Counted from the first letter of the stretch, positions 1 to 13,875 are shown. The stretch: DNA of 64,000 nt from Psilocybe cubensis (GCA_017499595.2 CM039005.1:1612001-1676000); one strand, 5' to 3'. Numbers and translations are program-made. Notes: a model not told the origin generated them from the letters alone.

Positions 1-1597
1 ACCAACTGCGCCATTGGATTCCCGTCCCTGATTTCCTACAACATGTCATTTTCGTTAGACCTTATATTGACCACAGCCAGGAGCACCTACTTTCCAAATT
101 TTCGATCAATGTGAGAAATTTATAGAGTTCATCCAAGTTATAGATAGTTGCGGAGGATTGAGACGCTATATGATCTACAAAAAATGAGCATGTGCGATAG
201 ATGTATAAAAAAAAGCTGTTTGTACCCCCAATAAATTGGAGAACGGTGTCGCGGAGTTCAAAAATCAAAGAAGAGGATATTTCAAGGGCTTGTGGGCATA
301 GTTGTAGATATAACCTGGGAATGTCCGAATGAACGTAGGTCGATTGACTTTCACTTGTATAATCTCACCAGTACTGAGCTTCCAATTCTTCACCTGTCAA
401 TGACAGTTTGTTAGTGGTATCGCAATATACGGTGGATGTAAACGCGAACAACTAACGTAGATGACTAGACGAATTGATGCCTTTCAATTCACACCAAGGA
501 GCTTCATAGTTATCCAAGAAAAAGATAGAACGAGATGGGTGATGCACGAAGTAGTAAAATGTTTGGATTTCTTGACAAGCATTGTTATAAGTCACATCAA
601 GGGCAAGGTCGCAATTGCTGGGGAGGGTAATGCCATGGGTCGAGATAAATTCCTCAATAGTGGATATGTCTTCAAGCATTTGTTGGTAAAGAACAGTGTC
701 GTAAATGTTGGCATCCGTAAAGATCCTCTGTAGGAAACCGTTGAGTAACACTCCGCTGTTATTTCATTCCGGTGAAACCAACCTTATCCCTGTTACAAAA
801 ATAGATTGCTCCGTCAGGGTGAGTGCACTGTGTCCAACCAGCCGAGAGTGGGTGCCTTCAATTGTAATCTAGTTCAGCGCTTGTGAGTCAAAGGGATATA
901 ACTTTCAAAATCTCACTTTTCTGTATTCATTCTCTCCAGGCGAGAATTAAATTTGCGATTTTCCCTAGAAGAGATAAGAAACAAGAGCAACGTTTACACA
1001 GTTTTCTTACCCGTTAGCCCGATTTTTGTATCGACGAGAACCCTCCGGCATCACAGGCATGATACGAGGGTGTTTAAAGAATGTGGTTGTACCGGCTTGT
1101 GAAAGGATAAGCCTGCTCGTTATATTCGACTCCCACCGCGAGCTATACTCAAACCTCTCGATGGCAGTTGACGTTGAGCGCGCTTCCGAAACAACAGTTT
1201 CAGTCTGTGGCCTAAAGTGCAGTTGGGTCCAAGATGTAGAAAACCGGTTGGCAGGATTGCTAGACGATGGGTATGTAGAAAATGCGACGTTGTCCATGGA
1301 TATTTTTTCTCCGTTCGTTTCCAGAGTCAGTTCAAAGCCAGATATCTCAGGTCCTGTATCAAAAAAGAGTGTGTTGCCCTTCGACGTTTCCGCTGGTAGC
1401 ACCGGAGTTTTCCCTGTCCCTTTCGCCAGAAGATGCTCTCGTCTGCGCCAAGTTCCTCGCAAGATGTTGAAGAGAAAAGCAAGGCTCTGAAAGATCTTCC
1501 CACTTGTTTGGCTAAGTAAGTAGCGCACGGCCTTGATGAGTGTTTTACGCCCAAAGACAACAAGGGAAAGAAGTTGGGCGATGGGTATTGCACCCAT
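1..1597 (-). CDS. WW-like domain multi-TM membrane protein family, paralogue 1 (3' end runs off the window)
   Basis: ATG at 1597. Spliced exons give RIMPVMPEGSRRY, GWTQCTHPDGAIYFCNRDK, FYYFVHHPSRSIFFLD, EELEAQYW and ELRDTVLQFIG, collinear with the genes at 7614, 11084 and 18635. Confidence 0.8.
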
Positions 1598-2222
1598 GAT
1601 GCAACAGTGACGCGTTAAGTAGAGTTCGTAGGAAGGGGGGACAACTCTTTCGCAAACGAGTCCTATATTGTAGATCCAGAATAGCCTGCCGTGTGAGCAT
1701 TACATCTGTCAGATGGAAGTCATTCAGTGTGAACCGCCTTCCGGGGTTTAATCGATGCCACAACATCGAATTTTAGTTCTATACCACTAAATTCATGACT
1801 GTCAACGTTTCAAAGCAAATTTGAACAGCGATCGTACATACATGTCAGTGAACGATTTGTTCAACCAGGCCGTAGTTTACCATCCGCTTTGAAGTAACAG
1901 CAAAAACAAGCAAGAATTAGGGTAAGGAAATAGAGGTCGGAGTTTCGGATGTTGGACGTGGAAGTTTTGTTCTGTACATCAGACTTTGGACAGGAGGTCC
2001 CCCGGACAATTAAAGCGCCGAATGTCAACTTTTGGATACATACGGGAAAAAATAGAAATTAACAACCGACAACAAAAATATAAGTCCCGACGGTGGTTCG
2101 AACACCGGACCCTGCGATAGAAGCGAAGCTGCAATCGCATGCTATACCACTTAGCTATCGAGACACATTTTGACCTTTGTATTTGTAATTTGTCACAAAT
2201 AAATTTCAAATGGGTAACCTAA

Positions 2223-2232
2223 CGCGACGCGT
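2223..2232. promoter_or_regulatory. CGCGACGCGT (MCB-like ACGCGT element) upstream of RPN3
   Basis: The same 10-mer occurs upstream of EXO1 (36125-36134). Function is inferred only. Confidence 0.3.
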
Positions 2233-2307
2233 CACCTTGTGTAATTCCTCGCTGACGCATATTTACAGCTTGGACTCATCCATCGACCATTCCTTCCACC
2301 ATCCACG

Positions 2308-4034
2308 ATGCCCGACGTTGAAATGAAACCCGCAGAATCTAAACAGGTTGAAGAAGAAAAACCTCAGGAGGAACGAAAGCCTGTTCCAGTGCATCCTCTG
2401 GCGGAAATCAAGAGCAACGTCGCGCTCATTGACCGAGCAGTGACCACCCTCGAACCCCGATTCACCCATCGGGTTTTACGCACTTTGACTGCACTCCGTA
2501 AACGTATCGATGCTTCGATCCTTAGGAATGCTGTTGAATCCATCTATAGCAAAGGTGAGAGGTTGCCTCGCACTGTCTTAGTGGACCATTCAGCTGAGCA
2601 CACATCACATAGACACATCTTTGAAGAACACATTACTAGGGTGGATACCAGCTGCTTCAGATTCAGAAGATCAAAGCATGGACGTCGATGCTCCATCTAA
2701 GCCTTCGTTGACGGACGTTGTACCAGAAGTTGAGATGTACCTCCGACTTTTAATACTCTATCAGCTACTCAAGGACGAAGACAATCACGCGACGGCTCTC
2801 GATTTGGCGAATGAAACAGTGAAGAAGATGCAGGATCTGAACAGGCGTAGCATGGATGCCATTGCTGCAAAGGTCTGGATGGCAGTTGACCGTGCATATT
2901 CAGCGAACGATCTCCTCCCCGAGGCACGGCCGTATGTTTATTCCCTAAACCTTGCTATTTGATCTGAGAGCATACGTTCTATAGACTATTCCTCGCTGCC
3001 CAGAGAACAGCCTCCTTGAGAAACGATGATGAGGCCAACGCTGTCCTCCTTAATTGCCTCCTTAACAACTACCTTTCCTTCGATCAGCCTTTCCCAGCCC
3101 AGCAACTTGTCTCGAAAGCAACTTTCCCCCCTTCCGCGAGTAACGGCCAGCTTGCCAGATACCACTTCTACCTCGGCCGCATCAGAGCTATCCAGCTCAA
3201 CTATACGGACGCTCATACCAATCTGCAGCAAGCAATCCGTCGTGCTCCACCTGCAAAGACAGCCCCTGGTTTTTACCAGGCTATCCACAAATTCTTTGTG
3301 ATTGTGGAGTTGTTGATGGGTGATATTCCAGACCGAAGTATTTTCAGACACGAGGTTCTGAAAAAGCCCCTCAATGCGTATTTTGAAACTGTGAAAGGTC
3401 GGTCTTATCGTTTTTTTCTGAAGTAACGATGTTGTGCTTATTATACCATATAGCTGTTAGATCAGGCTCTCTCGCCCGATTCGAAGAAACATTCAATAAA
3501 CACATCTACCAATTCAAGGAGGACAATGTATTTAAGCTTGTTCTCCGCCTTCGCCAGAATGTCATCAAGACCGGACTCCGAAGGCTCTCCCTATCATATT
3601 CGCGCATCTCGTTAAAGGATATCTGCGTCAAACTTAACCTGGATTCTGAAGAAAACGCAGAATATGTCGTCACCAAGGCTATTCGAGACGGGGTTATTGA
3701 GGGCAAGATGGTGCATGAGCAAGGATGGATGGAGTGCGGCAGCCAGAAGAACGGATACGGGCCAGAAGTCAGTGAAGTATTCGGACGTCGCATCGCATTT
3801 TGTCTAGACCTGCACAACCAGAGTGTTAAAGTATGTTTATTTTACATTGTACATATGCGCTTTCATAATTCACTACTAATGTCATATCAATCATTACAGG
3901 CTATGCGTTATCCTCTCAATGCCCATCGCAAAGAGCTTGCTGCTGCTGAAGGCGCCCGAGAAAGAGAAAAGGAACTGGCCAAAGAAATTCAAGATGGCGA
4001 CTTGGATGACGAAGATCTGGGTCCAGAGTTCTAA
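2308..4034 (+). CDS. RPN3: 26S proteasome regulatory subunit Rpn3 (PCI domain), multi-exon
   Basis: Motifs ARYHFYLGRIRAIQLNYTDA, AIRRAP, IVELLMGDIPDRSIF, RLRQNVIKTGLRRLSLSYSRISL and C-terminal HNQSVKAMRYP. GT-AG introns lie between the ORF pieces. Confidence 0.95.
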
Positions 4035-4451
4035 ACACTCGCTTGTCCTCTTATTACGCCTGCAATGTGCTAGTCGCAATAAACCGTGTTTTCGATTGTA
4101 TTCTTCCTGTGGTAACCTGCACAGGGTTGTATTTTATTTGGTTCATTTCTTTTACAAGTGTGCCTATCATGGTCGCCAGAGAATCATCGCATTGTCTACT
4201 CCCGAGTGCGAATAATTGATCTTGAACATTGATTGTCCAACGTAGTCTAGAGTAATGCCGAATGGTGGTGATTGGTGAAACGCCTATTATAGAGGTTTCC
4301 TTCGTCACTGCGCCAATAGGCTGACGTAATGTACACGGTACGGTGCGGAACAATCTAACTTTACCTTGCACGGTCATCTGGAGGACTACCAATTTTTCAC
4401 CTCTACCTATTATCATATCCGCACGCCGCAAATTTATAACGATTTGATATA

Positions 4452-5572
4452 ATGTCTTTCGTTGCAAGGCTATGGAACGCCATTAGAAACCCTGTGAGTT
4501 CCTATTGTGTTCTTTTTCTCCATTCTAGAGCTCAAAGCTTATACAGTTATGCCTTGACTAGGTACGATATGTAGGCAGGGACTTGCATGGTGAATTTAAT
4601 CCAAATCTCTGCTTGATATCGGTTGACTGAACTGCTCATAGGAAACAAATTTTACGAGTCGTATTCCCCAAATGGTTGGTATTTTTATTTATGACAGGCT
4701 GGGGTAGTCAATTTATCCTGGGTGCATCATAGATCCAAGCAGAACGAAAAGGACTGTGCAATATCAGAAAGATGAGGATATGTGGAAATATGTTGGTGGG
4801 CAAAGACGTCTTGCTGGTAAGCACCATCTAAACCTGTTGTCCAAAACATAGTTTGATGATATACTTACTCAGTCCAATGGTCCGCATGGCTTACCCATAC
4901 CCGCCGCGATCCACCAACTATCCAAGTCAGATTTCTGCATTGCATACTGTATCATTTCAAACTAATTCTCGTTGGCTAATTCAGGAGCTTGAAGCAGACG
5001 TCCTACGCCAGCAACGCGTCTTGGCAAATGTCGCGCTTATTGAAGCCAGAGACCGCGCAGAAAGTGAACAGATGCTAAGGATTCGACAACAGGATGCTGC
5101 GCGGGCACTGGAGGAAGCGGCTGCAAAGCACAACACGGTACCCTTGGTCCGCGAACCGGAGAGTGTCTCTTCTGGAGGGAATGTCGAGCAGGCTAGCACT
5201 TATCGAAATCTGCCACCACAACAGCTAGATGGAGCTGCTCCTTCATTTGCATCTGCTTCCGCGTCGACCTCAACTTCGACCCCTCCTCCAGCACGCTCAA
5301 CGATCAAGGTCGTTCCTCCCAAGTTTGTTACTCCTGCTTCACCACGAAAATCCCGAACTTCGGCTAAATTCACGCTGCCTCTGTCGTCCAGCGAAAGTAA
5401 TGACCAAGAAAGGCTATCAAGCCGCGAATCACTTCCTGAACACTCTTTGGAGGCCAATTTCGAAGCAAAGAGGAAAGAAGAAGCGGTCACAACTCAATCG
5501 CCACCTCCGATGCCATCCCGACCAGTGTCAGAAACTGAGAGTTGGACGCCTAAGGCAAGACGAAGAGGTTAA
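4452..5572 (+). CDS. NDUFA12-family mitochondrial complex I subunit/assembly factor (NDUFAF2/mimitin-like) with low-complexity C-terminal extension
   Basis: Spliced product MSFVARLWNAIRNP..RYVGRDLHGNKFYE..SRTKRTVQY..VQWSAWLTHTRRDPPTIQELEAD matches the NDUFA12 signature (G.D..GN.Y/F.E; W..WL..TR..PP). Several small exons. Confidence 0.8.
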
Positions 5573-5784
5573 TGGAACGTTGCGGATAGTGAATTATACG
5601 CCGCGGTAATTCATGCCGTTTCGATGGTGTGTTCGTCATTCCCATCTTCTCCGATCCCCTTGCGTCCATTCGAATGAGTAGATCAATCAAAGACTGCTTG
5701 AAAGTTGTTCAGGTCGAAATGGCTCCCGATAAAGACCAATCCGAAAATATGTATTGGAAAAATGAGAATCTTGTGCACAACTTT

Positions 5785-6261
5785 CTACTGAGTTTTGACT
5801 TTTGCTTTGCCTTTGTCTTTGTCTTTGTCTTTGTCTTTGTCCTCTTTTTTCTCGTCTTTCTTTCCTGCACCCTTCCCCTTTTCGCCCTCTTTTTTTTTAT
5901 CTCCTGCATCTTTCGCCTTCCTGTTCCCGGCGACGGGACCAACTAAAGGTCCTCTATAATTCCTAAAAATATGATGTAGGGATGGACTGCAATCGTGCGA
6001 CAGGGGACACATGGGCACTTACCAGTTCGGAGGTTTGGGTATATCATCATCATCATCATCATCGTCGTCGTCGTCGCCATTGTTTTCATCTTTCTGAGAT
6101 GCTTCTACGGTTGTATCTGTGACTGATACGTCTTTCGTGATGACTTCATTGCCCTCAGAGTCGGCAGGAGCGGTGGTTAGGGTTTCAGTCACTGTGGTCG
6201 TAGTGGTGGTAGTCACATTCTCGGTGATTTGGTCAAATCCTTGTGTGATCTCTGGGGACAT
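5785..6261 (-). CDS. Small acidic/low-complexity protein A (138 aa) carrying RGPLVGPVAGNR motif
   Basis: Exons 6261-6023 and 5962-5785, with a 60-nt GTAAGT..TAG intron. Thr run, poly-Asp, then motif, then Lys/Asp-rich tail. TATAAA on the minus strand near 6390. Confidence 0.7.
5808..5842. repeat. (GTCTTT)n coding microsatellite encoding DK repeats in protein A
   Basis: tttgcctttgtctttgtctttgtctttgtctttgtc is visible directly. Confidence 0.8.
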
Positions 6262-7613
6262 CGGTCGACTTTGATGAATTTGATTGGAGGGCACGATAAG
6301 GGTGGGAGGCCGCTGTAAGTGTGATCGCTTTGTGGTAGTGGTGGTCTAGGAGGAGAATTGGTATGAATTTGCTAAGGTCCTTGATTGCTTTATAACCGAA
6401 TCCGCGTGTCCCAGCACGAAACTATCACTGCCATGGAAGGATATACGGCTAGACGCTCGTCGGTTATTTCCGATTGGTGGATTCAAGCTGTCGTGCATTC
6501 AGTGGCCAGGCGTGCACTGGATTTAACGTTCAATTCTACTTGATGCTGACATATCTGCGCTCCACTGCAGTTCCGAGGATGAGTTACTCTGGGAGTTATC
6601 ATAATGACGGTGAAGGCTGCGGCTTGCGTTGCATTCGTTGAGTATGGCAATGAAATGCAGTGGGGAGGTAATTGAACATTGAATATGAACACCATTTCCG
6701 CCACAGATGCGATGGCAATTCAGTTAGTATCCATGCAATCACAGGTAACTTACATTGTCAGTGCCTGCCGTTTGGTCTAGTCTGATTTTCTACATGACGT
6801 GTCTGCTTTAAATTTTTCGCTTTTTGCAGTCTCGCCGCCTTGCTGCAAAATCCGATGTAGCAACTGGGAGAATTCGTCAAGAAACGCTTGAAAAATGGCA
6901 ATTATATACTTGTTCAACCGAAGACAACTGTACTTTATTTAACATATCAATGTACCCTTGAATGTCCTTTCTCTGCCATGAGATTAGTATCGAAGTACTA
7001 GTACATGCACTCTGGGCAGTGATGGCACAGCATTGACTCAGATCGTTACTTGTAACTTTTCCATCGGATTCACATTAGCTTTACTGACAACATGGCCATT
7101 ATCATTTTATAAGGATCTCTGACAACTGCATATACACTTTCAAATATTTACAACAGTATATACCATGTCCTCGAAGTTGCAGATCACCATGATGCCAAGG
7201 AAATTTTTGCTGATTAAAAGTCGATGAGCGGTGACAAAGGAATCAAAGTGAAAACATGTTTTTTTCCCTTTCGAACCATACAAGGTCAGTAAGTACAGAA
7301 CTTCGGATACATTCCCTAACCCAGTGTGTGCTGTGCTTTTCTCAGTGCGCACTGCACGACTGCACTGTTTAGATGACGAATCCACCGACTGATATCGTGG
7401 GACTACGGGGCAAAGGTGACCCCATAGGGTTATTCACACGGAGTTTAACCCCGAACAGAAGCAGGAGTCGATGGACACGAGGCGTTGGCTGAGGCTTGCT
7501 CGTAATACAATGATTTCTCATGGTGCGCGCCATGTTATTCAGCGCGCACGTTCATCACATTCACTACCTCCCGCCACTTCCCGCCCGCTAGGTTGTTGTC
7601 AGTCTGCAAATTT

Positions 7614-10600
7614 ATGGCCGCAGATCTGCGCCTTGCCCCTCTGTTATCCTCATTATTACGATATGCGCTGAGATTGTTGAGGAAATGTGCTATCTCGCAG
7701 GTGTTTCGTCAGCTCCTGCAACGGGTGCAATTCTACTGGTCGATTATAACTTTGAGAAGGAGAAGAGGAGGAAAAGGTGCAGATGGTGGTGGCCACGAAC
7801 CCCCAACAAATCTTCGGGATCGAGATGCGGAATCAAACGATGACCAAGGAAGAACTCTGGTCGACCGAGAAGACCAAATCGTTCTGGTGGCCAACGGTGA
7901 GGTTGTACATCTCGACCAAAATGTTTCATTTTCTCTATTTCCCTACGGCCCTGGAGGGATACGCAATGCATCCAGATCCTCTCAAAACCTGGCTGCTTCC
8001 CGGGAGGCGCATTCACGAGCCATATCCTTACGCAGTGCATCTCGATCTAACCTTGGAGACTCTGTACGCACTCCTTCACCTGCCATATCACAGATTGGAA
8101 CAGAGGATGAAAGATACACCTTCGTTGTACAACCAGGCTCACCCACATCGCCAACACCGACTCGAAGATTCTCTCATTCCTTGCCCGACCTGTCCAATCC
8201 ACCTCCTTTCTCCATGCCACCGTTAGAACCACCAAGTCGTTATCGTCCACGGATAGACACTACTCCACCTCGACAGCCTTCGCGGATAATCGAACACTCG
8301 GAAGTAATGTCTCCTCAAGAGATGGAGGGAACAAGTATCAGTGTTCCTTCAATGGAATCCTTGTCCATGTATGTTTGCTTGGATAATAATCGGATAGTAC
8401 CTACGATGCCAGAAGCGAATCTGCGTTACGAAAAACGACCTCGAATGTAAGGATTTATGCCACTGGGCCAATGACATTGCTGAATATGATTTTAGACATC
8501 GCCGTGACTATAATATGATTGTCCAACCTATCACAACAGTGTTCGAGAAGTGCGCTGTATCGTCCTTGTCAATGCTACTGCTTAATAACATATATCTTTT
8601 GCAAGGCCTACATCTCCTCTAGGGTGGTTAAAGTACGTCCATCCTGAAGGGCTCCGGTATTTTTATCACGAACAAAAGGTCCTTTAGCTTGGTCCTTTCC
8701 ACAACTCTGTTTTGTCTCTCAACCTATTTTTAGAGAGTTTTCACAGATGCCGACCTTTTCGATTCTAAAATTCTGGCCCAGATTATGGAAGATATCGAGC
8801 TCTGCGAAAACTTCATAACTGAAAACGCCATACGTATGCCTGCGAATATACATTTGGCCATGCATCTGTATTACAAGGAAGACGATCCGTCAATCATTGA
8901 GAATAACTACTATTATGTTGACCACGATACTCGGACGGTATTTTTCTTGGATACCTATGACCCCAGTAACCTATTCTCTTGGTATGAGATATCAGGATGC
9001 AGGACCGATTCTCACCTTCGTAAGGAGTTAAGGAAATTCATGAACAATATTTTCTGATGATCATTTATCAAGGGCATGAAATTGAGGCTCAATATTGGTA
9101 CCAAATTCTGTTGTGGTGTGGCCTTTGAACTTATTCTTTCTTTATTTTAGGTTTTTTCTTTTACTTTATCCTCATGCCACCAAACTTTCCAAGGCAATGG
9201 TTTCAGAACTCAGAGACACAGTTCACCACTTTATTGGAGGTATATTATCATCTCCTCTTGAAAGGCCGTTTCGGCACGCTCATTCCCTTAAGATGCCATG
9301 ACATCACCTACATCAACTGCTCCGTATACACTAAACGAACTCAACAAGGTACTCAAGCTTACTGCCACACTGGAACGTAAGCGTTTAGGCACTGGCCCTT
9401 GTTTGTGTTATACGGTACTTACGTTGAACGTAGATAATGTGAACGTATATTGTGTTGGATCTCTGAGTCTGCTTGGTGAGGAGCCATATTGTCGAGGTAT
9501 CTCTTCGCGCTCATGTTTGATCAGCTCGCATCATGCATGTCTTTGGTAAGTCGATAGCTTATATTACAGTGCAAGGCGCCTTATACGTGCTCAAAGCTCG
9601 CTCGAGATTTCTCAACTTCTACGGAGAAGGCCATGCACGTATAGAGCGTAACTTCTCTGTGCACGGAGACCCTATACATTCGCGAACCTGGCTCGTGAAA
9701 TCCCTCTCTATCATTCTCTTTTCTTCTCCAGACTTTCATCTTCGCACCCTCCAAAACATGTGGGTAGATGGTATAATGCATCACAACGTCTGGCAAGAAT
9801 GCATGAAGAAGATGAACGAAGAGTGGCAGGAGTTCGTCCTGTTTGTGAGTTTATTCAATTAGTTTTTCTCATCCATTATTACATGCTCAACACTTTGAAG
9901 GCCACTGTCATGCTCAATGCCAATGTCGCTTTCTTAGCGATTCAAAGTGTGGATATAAACGACGACCCGCATAGATCTGCTGCGCAGATTGCTAGCTATC
10001 TATCTGTAGTCGCTAGTATTGGGAGCATTGTACTCGGTTTATTGTTGACTAGGCAAAACAGAACCAAAACCCGTGAAACAGTTCATGAAGTTGTCAGTAC
10101 TACTTAGCATCATTTTATCTCCACTCACTAACTGCGCATCTAGCAAGCGTATTTACAAGCACGGAGGCATCCAAGATTAGGTCTAGAAACGCTAGCAATT
10201 CTGTACAGCCTACCATATGCGCTTCTCATGTGGGGGTAAGTTATTTACCTCCTATTTGGTGCATCTCGTATTGATCTAGCGCCCTTGTAAAAGGATGGTG
10301 TCATTCTTGGCAGCGTTCTCGTTTGTGTTTTTCGCTGACTCTAGTGTGCCTACGCGCTCACTTGTTGGCTCGTTGTGTTTTGCCGTCGCCATCCTGATTA
10401 TTTGGTGTGTATACACTTCTTGGGAAAAGCACGCCGACGACAAGCCGGTTGAGCCCTCGGAACCCAAGCCTGAGTCAACAAACTCGCAGCGGTCAATCCA
10501 TTCTCAGCATCCATTCAAATCCTGGCGAGAATACGCCCTCTCAAAATTCTTAAGTCTTCCGGCGGTGCAGGTTTTCCGACGTAAATCGTACGACTCGGAG

Positions 10601-10627
10601 CACACAGCCGTCAACGAGCGTGTATAA
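7614..10627 (+). CDS. WW-like domain multi-TM membrane protein family, paralogue 2
   Basis: Long Ser/Pro-rich exon 1 ends RIVPTMPEANLRYEKR. Then GWLKYVHPEGLRYFYHEQK, YYYVDHDTRTVFFLD, HEIEAQYW, RSRFLNFYGEGHARIER, EEWQEFVLFATVMLNANVAFLAI, GLETLAILYSLPYALLMW and C-terminal TM helices. Confidence 0.85.
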
Positions 10628-11083
10628 CGGCGACGGACGTTTACGACGTCCATCTTATGATGCATTAATCACGACTACGAACGATTACGACGATAATGTT
10701 AGCGCGCACCACTTGTACCATCTACCATCCGTTGATATCACTAGCGTTTAACTGACTCAACTCCCCCATTCACATAGACACCAATGTACTCTGTAAGTGT
10801 AGCAGATACATATTTGTATCACCAGTCCCCGTCCCCTGCAATTTCAAAGACTGCACTCCATTTGTCAAAAAACTCTATACTTGGGCTTAATTGTTCGTAA
10901 AATGCTAGAATGTATTATATAATAACACCGTATAAGTGTCATCATCTAGCAGGGCTGTGTTTAATGGTGGGAAACCTTCAAGAAATCATTTTATCCACTA
11001 CACCGCCTCGTCGCCGTCTGACGAGCACATATACCAGTACTAGGGCGTCTTCCTCCCTACCCAGTGGTTGACTTTCGTCCCCA

Positions 11084-13875
11084 ATGTCGCCGTCGAAACC
11101 AACCCTCCGAACTATACGTCGAACTGTATACCAATGTCTACTATGGCGGCACCATGCACTGTCGCCAATCTTATCCATTCTGCGTCACCTATGGTACATT
11201 TTTCTTCAAGTTCGAAAACGGTGCTCCTTGCGCATCTGTTGGATAGCAAGAACGCTGGTGGAAATTTCTGGCTATATCAGACGACGTGTTACCGACGACA
11301 AATTTGCAGTCGTGGTTCGCTCTGAATCACCCGGTACCAAAGAGGTTAACACGATGTATACTGGGGGCGGTCATCACGTTCAACAACTGCACTCCATAGA
11401 ATCCTCTAGTGATGATGACCATATTCATTCATCTGCAATCATGTACTCTTGTGCGCCTCCTGGCGATGTCTTGCCCTTTGTGCATCATTATCCCCAGAAT
11501 ACTCCATGCGTTCAAATACCGGACGTTCACCACGAGGCTGGAGAGATACCATCGGTTACACCTGTTACAGATCCTCTATACAATACCAATCCCACCTCAA
11601 GGATAGGATTTCCTCATTTGAGCAATCCGCGGATTAGACCTGTAATGCCTGAAGGTATCATGCGATACGAGGGACGGCACAAGATGTACGCAATTTTTTA
11701 ATCGTTATCTTTCCTTGATTTCAAGTCATAAATCTCTTTCTTGCTCTTATTAGAGCAAGACAGGTCACAGAAATGACGATTCAGCCTTTGACATTGATAT
11801 ATGACAGGCAAGCCCAAACGCTAGCTATCTGTTGCAATCAAAAAATTTAACAGTGCAAAAGCTTTAACACTCCAGCTGGATGGTTCAAATGCACACATCC
11901 GGAAGGAGGTCGTTATTTCTATCACGCTCAAAAGGTAAAGTGGATTGCTTTACCTTAGAGTGTCCTCTCATATAGAGAATCTTGTGGGCGACCATACAGA
12001 ACGTGTACACGGACTCTGACCTTTGCGACTACGGTATTCTAAGTCAAATTATGGCTGACCTTGACACGCTGGAACAATTTGTATCCAATAATGGCATTGC
12101 ACTTCCTGAAGCCTATGACCTAGTTTTGGACCTACGATACAGTGAACATGGGACTATCGAAACGAGGTATTATTACTTGCACCACCCAACGCGAGCAGTA
12201 TTTTTCCTGGATGAATTTCAAGGTAGCGATTTATTACATGTATGGTATGAGATTCAAGGAGAAATTAGCGGAGGACATCTTAGTGAGTATTCAAACGAAC
12301 CATCATGCACACGAATAAAGATTTATGAATACCTCAGAGCATGAGATAGAAGCACAGTATTGGTGAGATTGAGAGTAATGAAGCTACACAGTAGAGCTAA
12401 AAGAACAACTTGAATCCACAGGTACCACATCGTTCTGTACCCCCACAGCCTCAGGGTATCAGAACAACTCGCACATGAGCTACTGGATATGATACTGCAC
12501 TTCTCTGGAGGTATGTCCCTTCACTTTGGGAGGATAATTTCTTACATTGAAAATTCCGGTATAACGACATGCTGAAGATGTGATATCTTCTCCAACTTCT
12601 GCGTCGCCATTTACCTTAGAAGAGCTTCAACAGGCCTTGACTCTGGCAAAGACAGTAAAGCGTGAGTCTGGAATAATTTCCTTTGACGAGGCTGAACTGC
12701 TCTGTTATAGACGATACTATCAGCTGGCAATCTGTAGGAACCGCAAGCCTGGTTTGTAAGTGCTAATTTTCATTGGTGTACTACTCGATACTCAGGGTCA
12801 TACCTTCCAGCTCGGATAATGCACATTTTTGGTGCGTCCGAACTGCGAATACTAGCACCCAACGCACTGCCTAATGAGATTGAAGCCCGATCTAGGTTTT
12901 ATAATTACTATGGAGAGCGACATGCTCGGCTTGAGCGGACAGCATCTGTCTTTTCTGACGCTGAGAATAAGCTGGCTCGGACTTGGTTCATAAAAATTTC
13001 ATCGCCACTGCTTTTCTTCATTCCGGACAGCAATCTAAGGTCATTTCAAAAGGCATATGTCGATGCTATCGTTCATAAGTATGACTGGGAAGCTATAATG
13101 AAGTCTTTAAATCACGAATGGAAGCAGATGGTTCTCCTTGTGCGTCGTTTCACTGTCACGATTTTTCTGCGATGTGCGTCTTGACTGTTTTCTGAAGGCA
13201 ATCTTGATGCTCAATGTCAATGTTGGACTGTTATCGGTTCCAGAGGTTGAGCGCTTTGGGGAATCTCGCAGATCACCGGCTCAAATTGTGATCTATTTAT
13301 CGCTCATTTGTAACATTGGAAGTATTGCATTAGGTTCCTTGCTTATACGGCACCATAGAGGTAGCAATACACAGGATTATGTCAGTCATAACAGGATCAT
13401 ATCACCAGCGATCGCTTATTTTTGTTCAGGTTGCCTTCCTTTCAAAAGCAAATCATCCTGTGTTGGGATTGGAAAAACCAGCTATACTTTATAGCATACC
13501 CAGTGCATTGGTGATATGGAGGTAATTCGTCAGTAACAAGTGTCTATTTGTTCTGAATTTGACAACAACAGTGTCATCAATTTTTTGCTCGGTGTTTGCT
13601 TCTTATCGTTCCAAAAGTCCAGTATCGAGGCTAGGACAATAGTTGGAGGTATAGCAGCTATTATTACCATTTTTTCTATAGGTACATGGTCATCTTGGGA
13701 CAACGATATGTCCACTCGTCCACAACAAAATCCCGAACGACTCAGTGCAGCACAAGAGACAAGCACTGAAGAAACTTTGCCGAAGTCCAAGTTGAGAGCA
13801 TCCCTCGGTTGGCCGTTCAAAAGGTCTCTTCTAGGACGATGGGTATCCCGAAACTCGAAGCTCCCGTCTGTTTAG
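11084..13875 (+). CDS. WW-like domain multi-TM membrane protein family, paralogue 3
   Basis: RIRPVMPEGIMRYEGR, GWFKCTHPEGGRYFYHAQK, YYYLHHPTRAVFFLD, HEIEAQYW, RSRFYNYYGERHARLER, HEWKQMVLLAILMLNVNVGLL and GLEKPAILYSIPSALVIW. The intron phases checked match paralogue 2. Confidence 0.85.
11808..11861 (+). other. GC-AG intron (54 nt)
   Basis: GACAG|gcaagc...aaaag|CTTTAAC keeps the frame. The equivalent intron in paralogue 2 has a GT donor. Confidence 0.65.

Noticed and set aside
5629-5946. Plus-strand hydrophobic ORF (FVFVFV)
   Set aside because: It is the antisense shadow of the Lys/Asp-rich tail of gene A.
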